Assembly (NCBI GenBank): GCA_965113315.1
Contig: OZ220366.1
From: Podarcis vaucheri
Lineage: Eukaryota
Reading direction: 5' to 3' (one strand)
Length of the DNA stretch: 64,000 nucleotides
Part shown: positions 12,792 to 24,453 of the stretch, one piece after another
How positions within the stretch are numbered: position 1 is the stretch's first letter
Layout of the letters: each line of letters begins with the position of its first letter
Made by a program: the position numbers and the translations under genes
The notes under the pieces: model-generated
Seen by the model: only the letters and a program-made list of their open reading frames with translations
Told to the model about the DNA's origin: nothing
The model's database searches: none

Positions 12792-12957
12792 TATAAGCTT
12801 TCGTGTGCATGCACACTTCTTCAGATACCTGAAGAAGCACACAAAAGCTTATACCAAGAACAAATTTAGTTGGTCTCTAAGGTGCTACGGGACAATTTTT
12901 TATTGTATTTTATTTATTTTAACTGCGTCAGACCAACACAGCTATCTACCTGAATCT
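12792..12957. mobile_element. Penelope-like element terminal repeat (inverted partial duplication) with minimal hammerhead motif
   Basis: Back-to-back CTGAAGAAG...GAAAGCTT units followed by gttggtctctaaggtgctac; the same family recurs at 45929-46037. Confidence 0.7.
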
Positions 12958-14789
12958 GAGAAGGAAAAGCCTTTCTCCGCAGCCTAGGACACAGCACAGT
13001 CACTGCTGCTACCAGTCGCATGCAAGCCTGAGCTCCTCCTCCTCCTTCCTCCTTCTAAAGCCAGCTTGCCTTCCTTCCCACCACCTGCTCTGCGCTCTTG
13101 GGGGTGGTTAGAGCTCTGGTGGAGGGGGGGGAGGGAGACTTGTGGGGGGTAGAAAATGAAAAGCTCTGTGCCTGCTCACCTGATAGTTCAAATGCAACGA
13201 AAGGAATAAGAAAGGAGCCCCCCCCAAATAGCGAGGAAGCCAAAGAACAAAACACATGAGAAAAAGCCCCCTTAGTGCTCCATGAGTTTGAGTGAGGGAA
13301 AGGCTTTAACGCAACAGTAGGGGAAAGAGAGGTGGAGGAAAAGGCATGGGGATGCTGACACAAAGTCAGCTGCGATTTAAAGAAACAGTGGGGGAAAGAT
13401 GGAGAAGCCTGGCGCACTCTGACTGGCTCCTCAGATCTGTGTAAACTAATATAAAAATATAGTGTGACTTTTCTCACTTGTTTAGTTACTTGACCATCTA
13501 ACAACTATTTGGATCTGTCATGATGATATCCAAACATAACTACTGTATCTGTGAAATAAAGATCCATTCATTCATTTTACTTAAATTACTTCGGAGGGTG
13601 GTAGATCACTGCCAGTTTTTGATATTGGATTGTAGATTATAACCTACTCGAAGTTGGACATGCCTGACTTTGGGTATGTTGGAGGTTGTCCTGACTGCCT
13701 GAGCCTCTACCTTTCTTTCCTCCCAAAATGTCTGATTGGGGTTAGAGGCAGCCATTTCCTCAAGGTATATAGCCCATCTAGACTTCCTTGGTTTGCACTG
13801 AAGCAGGGACTTATGTTTCCCTTGAGGATTTTTCTCTGCTGTCTTATCCAAAGGGTGCCATTTGAAGGAGGCTTTTCAGCCAGCAGGGTATCATAAGCTC
13901 CAGAGGCCAACAAAGGGGCAGAATCCATCACTGGGAGTGTTAGGCTAACAGGTACTCTAGGCACAATGCAACACACCCACTCTCAGGCGAGCGGCGTGGA
14001 TCTGGTAGGCCAGGTGAGAGTGGAGGACTGAATCAGAGGCTTAGCAGCTATGTGGAAGCCTCAAAGAGCTGAAGAAAAAGTTATTGGTGTTCCAGACCTC
14101 TGCACTGAAAATGAAAGTAGAAGATATGGTTTTTGACACATAGGCAATTCTTCCCATTGTTTATGCTTGCCTGCTATAATGCTGGGCTTCTCTGTCTAAG
14201 TACCCGCCTGAGGGGGTGACAGAGCAAAGATGCGTGATGAAAAGGATCTGCTCCTGTCTTCCTTCATTGAGGCAGGTAGCGAAGATAAGGCAGGTAAAGA
14301 GGGTTTTTTATTTTTAAAAAAATATTCTAAGCAAGAAGCTGGGGGGGGACAGGGAGGAAAAAGGCTTCTGTAAAGATAGAAGGAATAAGTCAGGAATTGG
14401 GGGAGGGTTTCCAAAGGAAGAGGAGGAGGAGGAAGAGAAAGTAAGCCTGATAAGAGAGAAGTTGGGAGCAGGTGGTGGGTGATCTGGCTGCACTGCACTG
14501 ACAAAGGCAACAGCAGAATTGGATCCTGACAGCCCTACATTCCAAAACATTGCTGCCTGCCTTTGACTGTGGGTGGAGCCATCAATCCAATCAGCTGACC
14601 CTTCATTGCAGGAAAGGGGGAAATTAGTGTTTATTCTAGTAGCATGAGTTGTATATGTTTGCATGTAACTCTCCGTGCATGCATCTGTGCCCTTGTCCAC
14701 ACATCACATGAATAAAAAGCCATAGCTTTGTGTAACAGTCAGAGGGAAATGAAAACTTTTCAAATTGATATTGCAGGCACATAACTGAT

Positions 14790-15035
14790 AAAGCAGAATG
14801 TATGGAGGATAAGGCTATCAAGGGCTACTAACTGTGATGGCTATGTACTACTATGTACTCTGATGTACATCAGAGACATTATGAATCTGAATCCAAATTG
14901 CTGAGGATCACAAGTAGGAGAGTGCTGTTGCACTCACATCCTGCTTGCACACTTCCCATAGGCACTTGGTTAGCTACTGTGATGCTGAAATAGATGGGTC
15001 TTTGGTCTCTTCCAGCACAGCTCACCTTATGCTAT
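14790..15035 (+). mobile_element. CR1-like LINE 3' end fragment
   Basis: ggaggataaggctatcaa...gatgggtctttggtct..tccagc...cttatg resembles squamate CR1 3' UTRs. Confidence 0.55.
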
Positions 15036-15562
15036 CATCAGTGTCTTTTTAACTTCTGTTATACATTCCAATCTATCTTATATTAGTATTCATGAACACA
15101 ATTGAAACTGTTGGATTTACTGATCCTAATGCAGAATGGCATTTTGCTGCACCCTGCAGGTTAGCTGCAGTTTATACCATTCCATACTTTCCTGCCTCAT
15201 GTATCTCCAGAGTTTGACCCCACTCTTTCCCCCACCAAACAAGCATGTCAAGAGTCCTTGGCAAAGATAGTTCGGTGTTTTCATACCTTGTCATGGGGGA
15301 CTGCAAGGACCAAAGTCAAAATTGTTGTGGTAGATATCCTGCCAGCTGCCTCTCTCAGCAGGCAATTGTGGCCTCCTGCTGAGCTTTGCAAGAGAGGCAA
15401 CTGAAAGAGGGAGAGAGAGTTCTCAAAGCCAGGTGCTGAAGGAAGCAGCTGGCAAAGACAGAAGAGGGGTAGGGTTCTCTGAGAGGCCAGGAGTAGAGCA
15501 GCTTGAACATGAAAGGTAAAAGGATGTTTTAAATAAGTTGAATAAAGGCTGGTGAAATAGTC

Positions 15563-15565
<3 letters not shown>

Positions 15566-15604
<39 letters not shown>
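15566..15604. repeat. (GA)n microsatellite
   Basis: Read directly from the sequence. Confidence 0.95.
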
Positions 15605-15608
<4 letters not shown>

Positions 15609-17097
15609 TTAATTTTTGAATGAAGGGAGGGAAGGAAAGGGTCAAGCTCATTTAAGAAAAGGTGATCTGATAGATATGTAACAGGGGTGTAACAAGATGC
15701 CTTGAACAACAAATGTGACATGTGCACACAGCAAATTAGATGAACAGTCTATAACAGGGATAGAAGAAGCACTCTTGTTGCATGAACCTGTTTTGAGAAA
15801 AACAAGGAGACCCAAGTCTGAGTCACTAGAAATTTGTTTGAATTTCGGTTGATAAAACTTATCGAGGTGAGTGTGTAACAGAAGTGGGGTGAAAGGTGGT
15901 CACACAGTTGGTGCAATTTTTCTTGGAATATCTTGTTTTCATTTGTCAAAATGTCAACCAAAAATAAAGTCCATTCACATCTTCACAGTAGCTGCAAAAG
16001 TATTCACACTGTGCTTATTTGTGAGCAAGCTTAATGCTGGCAAGGGTGCTGCTGATATTTTCTAACAATAAATTTTGCTTGACAGATTGTATCAATCATG
16101 CAGATGTTGAGGTAATCATATTCCTGCATGATGAGTATTGGCAGAACAAAAATATATCTTGAGAGTCTTGCCATTGCATACAGAATTTCCGTCAGCCTGG
16201 GCAAACTGGATAGCAAATGAGTATTTGCTCGCCAATATCCTTATCAAAATGGGTAAGAAATGCCACCTTGGAGATTTTGCCTAAACCAATGTGGACTAGG
16301 AAGAGGCAAGCTGTGGAAACCATAGGATAACTATTTGTCTTAATAGTGGCTTTTAACTATACTTATTACTTTCCTCGTCCACGCATATGTTGGGCAATTT
16401 CAGCCACAGTTCTTTTACTTTTTACATCACTTTAATCACACTAACTATAATAGCTAGCTTTATGTTAGGTCTGCTAAGGAAATGATAATGGCAGAGTCAT
16501 TTCAAGGTTTTGTTTTGCAAATAGGTTTGGTCTAAATGAAAGCTGTAGAAATGTGTGAAAATATGTTGCTTTAGAATGGGCTGTTTATGCATTAATCATA
16601 ACTCAACCTGTATTGAGTATTAAATTTATGTGCATGGCTTTATTTCTGACCATGCCTGGCATATGTTCAAGTTCAGGAAGAATCTACAAAGAAGCTAGGA
16701 TAAGTTCTGCATCTCTGACCATCAGTAAATATCTTCGGAAATTTGCAAGTTAAGCGTGGAGATCCTTAAGCATAAAATTTGGCCCTTTGTGATTAAAGGC
16801 TTCATGTGGATAAATATATTATTTCAACCAATGTGCTACAAATTACCTTTCAAAACAGAAGGGCAGGGTGAGTGGGCAGGATGCACAATTATAAAGAAAG
16901 GTTTATTACTTTGTAGCCTTCTGCTGGAATCACTGGTACAGTCAATATCACATTAGTGTAACTGATGAGCAGACAGAGTGCTTCTTCTTGCACTTGAGTG
17001 TTAAGTCTTTGTATAATCTGAATAATTAGAAGGGGTTCAACCACTATATGCTGCACTGATATGTTGCTGGGGTAAGAGACAGACTAATGAACAGTAC

Positions 17098-17124
17098 CTG
17101 CAGGGGTGAAGGTGAAGGACTGAA
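17098..17124 (-). CDS. ROBO2: ROBO2 27-nt microexon, probably alternative: (V)QSFTFTPA(V)
   Basis: Minus strand reads cttttcttgttttgcag|TTCAGTCCTTCACCTTCACCCCTGCAG|gtactg. It is symmetric phase 1-1, and the peptide parallels ROBO1 VPSFTFTPT at the same position before VT(Y/F)QRG. Confidence 0.85.
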
Positions 17125-18720
17125 CTGCAAAACAAGAAAAGTAAATACATTGTGAGTTATAAACCCCATTAAGAAGTGTGCCAATTAAAGGGCACAAGTG
17201 CCCTTCAGAATTGACTTATGTATGTAGCTCAAAATCTTGTGCAGATTATAGCAATTCAGCTTTAAGCACTAGCCAGCCAGCAGCCCATGAAAAATAAAGG
17301 ATTGAAAAGAGGTGGAAGGCGATTTTGACAATTATATTGAATAATAACCGGCAACATGGACATGCAATCCATCTCATAGATGCTATGACCAGCTTTGAAA
17401 TGTAACTGCTTATGAGATTTTATTGTCGAGCAAATGCAATGTTTGAAAATTAATGGACAACCCTGTGTCACAATACAGCAGCCAGCCACATACTGAGGGG
17501 GTCACTTAAAATGTCATGAATGCCAGTACCATATACATAACTATTTGGGGGCAATGAGCCTTCTAACTTAGATATTCCACAGTTTTGGGTGCTGACAAAT
17601 GGATATGGCTGTCAGCTAGAAACCAAATTTTCTACACATTTTCTGCTGCATAAATATTTACATATATGGTAAAATCACATATTGTTAGATGATACAAGCC
17701 TGTTCACAAAAACATGCTGTTATACATAACACAAAGGCCAAACAATTGAAGACATGAAACATTTCATTAGCAATTAAGAAGTAGACATGTGTATTTAGCA
17801 CATCTGATGTATACAGAAATATAACATAAAAGAGTGAATCTACTAAACCCATAAAGTCTTATTAATAGCTATCTAACGTAAGGAGGTGACAACACATTGC
17901 AGCTTTCAGTGTCACTGATCTCGATGTATCTAACTTCTGAACAGAGTTTGGTGATTTATTTATTTTTAAAAAAAATCAGAGAAAGTAGAAGCTACCATCA
18001 TATATATGCACATTAATTAAAAGGAAAGGAAGAAAAACATGTGCAAACAGCATAGCCTATGAATAATGTAGCTTCACCACCGTGGTCATTCAGGCACTGT
18101 ATATAATTAATAAGAAATCAACAGGATTCTGGAGTCAGATTTGTGTAGCACACAGCCAGAAGTAAATCTGCTTGAATTGCCCTGAGTGCATAAATCATTA
18201 GAGATATTTTCTTTATCAGAAAAGATATGGCACCAAAACTGATGGTTGAACTTTATGGAAATGCAGATTCATTAATAAGAGTTTCTGATTCAGCTGCCAT
18301 GGAATGCATGGCTCCTAGCACTTTTACCACACAACAATATATAAAGGGGGCTATAGGTAGGAAGGGTTGTTTTTGTAATAAAAAACTGTTGCTTTTCTGT
18401 TGGTTTCAACACAGCTGTGAACTATGTGTTTACGCCCAGAACCACACTGCAACAAGTTACTACTCAACATGAGACAAAATTCTGAGGAACACATTCTACA
18501 AAGCCTTTGCTTTCATAACATGGATACAGAACTTCATCTGATCCAAAATAATTTTCACACGGTGAAAATTAAAGGATTTTGAGGTGCCTATGCATCTGTT
18601 TATTTTATGAGCTATGGAATGCATTATGCATGCAACAGGAAAGCCTTATATACCTCTGGATTGTTGTATTTAATACAAGAGAAAGGAAGGCTTACTCATG
18701 AAGTGATTGATGCTCTGAAT

Positions 18721-18853
18721 CAGAGGTATCCAGTGTAATGCCCTCCAGATGTTTTGGACTACAGATCCCATCATCTTGGGTCTATAGCCATGCTGACTGG
18801 TGCCAATGGGAGTAGTAGTCCACCCCTGGAGGGCATCACGTTAGCTATCCCTG
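18721..18853. mobile_element. Older diverged copy of the palindromic hAT MITE family seen at 1084
   Basis: ccctccagatgttttggactaca...tgggagtagtagtcc...ctggaggg with CAG...CTG ends; further fragments near 430, 6250, 6560 and 27100. Confidence 0.7.
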
Positions 18854-19395
18854 TTGTAAATACCATCCAGCTCAGTGAAGCCTTAGTGAACACAAAGTTG
18901 GGACAATGTGATGCACTGGATCTACATTTTCTATATTCCTTTTCATCAATTCATACTATAAGACTAGATCATGCCTTAATTATGTTTGCTTCAAAGAACT
19001 AAAACATAATGGTTCTCATCTAGTTACAATTATTCAAAACTGTGTGACTAAAACCAATGGAAGGAAGTAATTCTGTTCTAAGTAATTTAAGTGAAATAGG
19101 TGCCATTTTACTTTGCATGTTCATGTTGCAAGCTTCACAATCCTCTGAAATACTGAATGTGGAAATACATACGCTTCTTTTCACACCAGGACCTAAATGA
19201 AATAGTGCATCTAAGATTCCTGAGTGTCTTACATATATCAGATGTATTCATTATGGGAATATTAATTTTTTTGCAGTAATGTGGTGCAGAGCATTACTGA
19301 GCAAGCATACAACAATCACCCATTCCACTCTTCATTTCATGAGCTAGCAATGTTTTTGACTGAACATGTGTTTAAAAAACAGCTCTTGTTCTTAC

Positions 19396-19578
19396 CTGCA
19401 TAATTGCTGAGGCCCTTCCTCTTCTTTCTGCGCCAGTACAGCCAGATGCTGAAACCCATGAGTATTACCCAGCATGCACCACCAATTCCAGCTATAAAGG
19501 CAGGCTGCTTGACAACATCCGTTATTTGCTCAGTGATACTATTGTTGTTTTCCGTGATGACAACTTCATTACGACTTC
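19396..19578 (-). CDS. ROBO2: ROBO2 coding exon, 183 nt, juxtamembrane and transmembrane: (G)[60 protein letters not shown](V)
   Basis: Acceptor ttttgagcag|GA, donor G|gtaaga; hydrophobic helix followed by a basic stop-transfer cluster; symmetric phase 1-1. Confidence 0.95.
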
Positions 19579-21256
19579 CTGCTCAAAAGCAAAACAAAAA
19601 CAAAACCGATCACAACAAACATTACAGATGCTTAAAGACAGAGGTGATGAAGGTTCTTAAAATCCAGGGAACAAATAGCCAAAATTCTCTCACACAGTAA
19701 CTATACTTTACAACAAAAATGGTCTGCTGGATTAAGACTTTACTCTCCCTCTCCACAAGCTATTGGAAAATACTGGATGAAATTCTGTGCCTAGACTGGA
19801 AGCTAGAGCTCTCAAGGAGCAAGGCTCATCTTCCCTCCTCACCATGGTGTTCTCCTTGTATGGTGTTGGAGCCTGTCTGCCTGGCTTTAGACAGATTATT
19901 TTCTAGCTGTAGATTGAAACAAATCACTACAAATTGATTTTGGGTCCACCTGATGCTGCTCTGTCACGATTTGTAGCTGTCTTGACCTGATCTGGATTTG
20001 GCACAAATTGGACCAATTAGATTCATGATTTGGACAAACTGTCTGCACAGCCCTATTACTACAAACCTTTACTAAGCAACACAACTAATATGTAGCAGAA
20101 AGTATATGCTGACTGGTATTGTTTGAAAAATTGCTGCTTCTCTGCCTCATTTCTTCCCTCCTTTTAGCGGAGAAAGTAGCCACAGGTTAAGCCACAAACC
20201 AAAGACGCAGTGTAAATATCTGCTAGCAAGTTAATGACATAGTGTGTGGCCTGTAAACTGGCAAATGCTGTAGTTAACTAGCCGTTTCAATGGCTCAGCA
20301 ATATTAGGCTCCGTTCCAAGTTCTGCCACAGAATGTGAACAATTGTGTAATTAAAAGGTCTAATCCAAAAAATAAATTATTTCCCTTACAAAATAATCCT
20401 GCATTTTGGAGCATGCTATCCCCAATTATACAACGATTTAAAGTCCTTTGATGTAGAATGATTGTATTTCTGTAATTTATTGGAATATAGTTGCCAAGCT
20501 ATGTAATACTTGAGCTCCTTAGCTTATTTCCTGTCATATTGCTGTTATTTTTGGAAGCAAATACTTAAAGCTATAATCTTACAGAATGCGTGTGAAAACA
20601 GTGACCACATAATTGCACAGTGCAAATGGTTATAATGTTATATCATTGTGCCTTGCTTTGAAAAACAAGCAAACATGTTTTTCCTTTTCAGGATGATTAA
20701 AATTGTAGTTCATTTTTTGGAAGGAAGCAGTGCTATGTCAGCATATTTATTCAAGCCTCAGGTAAGTAAAAATAAGGTCATTTGTTAAACTGATTGCAAA
20801 TGACTAAAGGCTAGGTGTGTTATTTCCGACTCCTACCCTTTCATTGCCAGATAAGAGAATGAAAATTGTATTCCGTAAATGGTTATCAAAGCCTAGTAAC
20901 ATCTGCATCCATTTTATTTTATTAGATTATGCATCCTTAAGACCTGCTCAGCCTGTGTCAGCTTCACAAATGCAATTCCATATTGTCTAAGCAAAAGTAC
21001 CTCACATTCTTACTGAAACTACAATTTCACACAGTAAATATAAATAATTATACTTGCAAAGGACAAGGAGCTTGTTCCACAGTAGATAAGGAAATATCAG
21101 GTTTCTCCACTTGCCAATCTCAAACTTTAACTTGCTGCCACTATTTAAAAAGACCCTAGCTGCTGCACTGTATCCAGAATCAAGTACTACTCTATGATGG
21201 TACTCTATGATGGCATACCTTCCAACATTTTGTTGAATAAAATTATAACATTTATA

Positions 21257-21336
21257 CAGGGTGAGTCTTTTAAAAGAGGCCCCGTGGAACATGTGTTCTC
21301 TGTATCCACGGGGCCTCTTTTAAAGAACTTACCCTG
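21257..21336. mobile_element. 80-bp Tc1/mariner-type mini-MITE
   Basis: 32-bp terminal inverted repeats (29/32 match) beginning CAGGGT, 16-bp spacer, TA on both sides. Confidence 0.85.
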
Positions 21337-21435
21337 TAATAACCCTGTTGTCAAAGGATGGATCACTTGTCTTAGTCCCATCTACTATTTCACATTACTC
21401 AAAGGTTGCCATTTTGTCTCGGTATGAAATATTCA

Positions 21436-21814
21436 GTAAAGGTAAAGGACCCCTAGACAGTTAAGTCCAGTCAAAGGCAACAATGGGGTGTGGTGCTCAT
21501 CTCACTTTCAGGCTGAGAGAGCCAGCATTTGCCCGCAGACAACTTTCTGGGTCATGTGGCCAGCATGACTAAACCACTTCTGGCTCAACAGGACACTGTG
21601 ACGAGTGCTAGAGCACACAGAAACACTGTTCACCTTTCTGCTGCAGCAGTACCTATTCATCTACTTGCAATGGTATGCTTTCGAACTGCTAGATTGGCAG
21701 GAGCTGGGACAGAGAAATAGGAGTTCACCCCATCATGCAGACTCAAACTGTTGACCTTCCGATTGACAAGCCCAAGGGGCTCAGTGGTTTAGACCACAGT
21801 GCCACCTGCGTCCC
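21436..21814 (-). mobile_element. Sauria SINE, diverged copy in reverse orientation
   Basis: Reverse-complement similarity to 6614-6969, including the (TAAAGG)n tail and the gccacctgcgtccc head. Confidence 0.85.
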
Positions 21815-23510
21815 TACAATATATTCAATTACTCAGCTATTGCCTGCCATTGACCAATTTAAAAGGCAGGCTGTATTCTACATGGTGTCTTAGCGTTCAA
21901 CTGCACTCATGTATGACCCCTACTTTAAGATTTAACTTCTGTGGGCATGGGAAGGGAGCTGAATGCTGAAGAATGAAACATTTAGTAACCTACATGAAAT
22001 TTTTTAGTAAAGGATCTCCAAAGCACCAAAATAGGACTGTGATTTACTAAGATTAGTGCAAAACAGAGTATATATGATAGGGCTGTCAGTGGGGATGTTA
22101 CTTTTTCCATGCATCGTCTCAAAAAAGTCCTTTGAATGGCTCAGCACTAGAGGTAGGTATGCAAGTTTTACCACAGTGAAACATAGTATTTGAGCATAAA
22201 TAAATCAAATTTATTGAAAATAGAGTCACTTGGGGTTTCTGATAGACTTCAGGAAATTAGATTGGCCCATTACAATATACTGAACATACTTCACTGATCC
22301 CTTTTATTTTTAACTTTTTTTTAATCAGCTAAGTCAATGGAAACACGCACTTCTGATTCCCACTGACCTAATTCCTCCCTATCAATTTTAAACCATATCA
22401 GTGATGCTTCACCAGAGCTCAACATTTTAATTGAAGGCCCCTTGGCCAAATTTTCTAAACAAGATGAAAGTACAACTTTTCTAAACTAAAAGTTTGGTCA
22501 TGAAGTTACATCTACTAGTACGTTCACAGACTGTGGGCTGTGGATATCCTTTTAACACATTGTGGCTAATTTGATCTGATGTCCTTCAGTGCAGCTTGGC
22601 AAGCCTCATACTTCAAGTTGGCTTAACTGCTCTGATGTCACAGAAAAAAACCCCCAGGGCAATCTAAGCCTAAGAAGCTAAGGGGAAACTAGCAGATATC
22701 TGAATTGGAATCGGAGGGTAAATAAGCAGTGTGTGTTAAATAAACAACTTCAGCATTGCATGGATACTATGGGATTCTAAATTACACTTTGTTGGTTCAA
22801 ATCCACAAAGTAGTTCTGAAGCCTTTCAGGGGAAACAGAAAACCTCTTCCTGCTTATAGTATGCGACAGAGAAGGAAATACTTGAAATCCAAGGGGAATG
22901 GCACAAGGCTGTAACAAAGAAGTCACTGTAATTTGTAGTGTCCACATTACAGAATGCATTAGGTTTCTCCTGACAGCCTGCTGAGCAGTGACTGTGGCTC
23001 TAAGTAGCATTACTTTTCCTTTTCATTACTTTCCCCCATTCCTGTAGCCGGCACCCATGCTAGGCCGGTGATGGAATGGCATCTTATGCCCTGTGTGCTG
23101 TGCACCTTAAAACTGCACCAACCACATCCCCTAAGAGTTCAAAAATGCCTTTTCATTTAACTGAAGAGCTGAAAGAAAAAACTTCAAGGGAGTTTTAGAG
23201 GACTGCATAGCCTCCCACAGGGTCTTCCTTAAGAAAGTGTGTTTCCAAATTAGGTCAGCACACTTTTAAGTTAGTATTCTGGCAGCCTGCTCTACCCTTC
23301 AGTGCCTTGCAATTACATGAGCAAAAGTAATAATTCATTTAAATGTCAGAATAACATATGCTTTGTGATTTCAGCAGCTGAACATAAATGAATATGGATG
23401 TACATTTCCCATTGATGTTCAACAGAATTAATGTAAGTGTTAAGATTTGGAGAAAAATGGCATTAATTCGATATTTCTTTACATTATATTTAATCAGACG
23501 ATAGATAAGA

Positions 23511-23511
23511 T

Positions 23512-23552
<41 letters not shown>
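23511..23552. repeat. (AGAT)n microsatellite
   Basis: Read directly from the sequence. Confidence 0.95.
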
Positions 23553-23553
<1 letters not shown>

Positions 23554-24452
23554 TAAAGCCAGGCAAAGTATCAGTGTATTGCTTCATATACTGCAGGTGT
23601 TTCTATAACAATGCTGTCAGTTCAGCTAATTAAAATACAGACGAGGTATGTGTGCGACCTGCAACGCTCCATTGTTTCAGCAGACAAAATATAATGAAAT
23701 ATAATGTCTTCCTCCCATTGGAGAGTAATGAAGAACAAAACTAATTTGCTGGACCAAAAATTAATTAGACACATCAGATTTGATTGCACCTATTACTGTG
23801 AAAGTTTACAGCTGTTTCTGATATTATTACACCAATGACAGAATCTATGCACAAGTTAACTCTTAAGTGAAGTAGCAGAACCTTATGAGGAGCCATCAGA
23901 TTAGGTTCTCCTTTTTTATTCCTGATTCACTTTGATTTTATCCCTCCTTGACTGTAGCCTCACAAAACTACGATCTATTAAAGTAATGGTTTGCATTTAC
24001 TAACATGCCTTCTGCCATAGCTTCTCCTTATTTCAGTACTTTGCATTTTTAAGGATGTGGTGAGAGAGTAAAAAGATGCCTGCATCACAAACTATCGTGT
24101 CACTTCTGACCTCTTCTCTCTCAACTTCTTTAATCTGTTTTGCATTTTTCAGTATACAGTAAACCCAAACCTATGTGGGGATTACTTTCTGGGAATCACA
24201 CCTGAAATCAAAATTGTGTATAATCGAAACACATTGGATGCAATGGGGGTGGGATTGCCAAAGTCTTTCCCCCCAGACTCTAGCCCGTTTATACTCCCTT
24301 TTTAATTTCTGTATATTTTTTGTCAAGTGCATAAAGCTGAATGCACACAAGTTAAATCACATAAGTTGTGGGCTTACTGTATTATACACTGTATTGCATG
24401 GTCTCTTGTCCACCCAACATCTATCTAATGTATTTTCAGGGTGTTTTGGGAC

Positions 24453-24453
<1 letters not shown>

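Larger units (their letters stand above)
11543..14623 (-). mobile_element. Degenerate, internally deleted DIRS1-like tyrosine-recombinase retrotransposon
   Basis: About 105-bp inverted terminal repeats (11570-11680 vs 14515-14623); internal complementary region at 11780-11875; tyrosine recombinase remnant at 11940-12360; gag-like remnant at about 13700-13950. Confidence 0.85.

Noticed and set aside
15289-15693. Possible solo LTR (TGTCAT...TAACA with AATAAA)
   Set aside because: No TSD, no second copy and no adjacent internal sequence.
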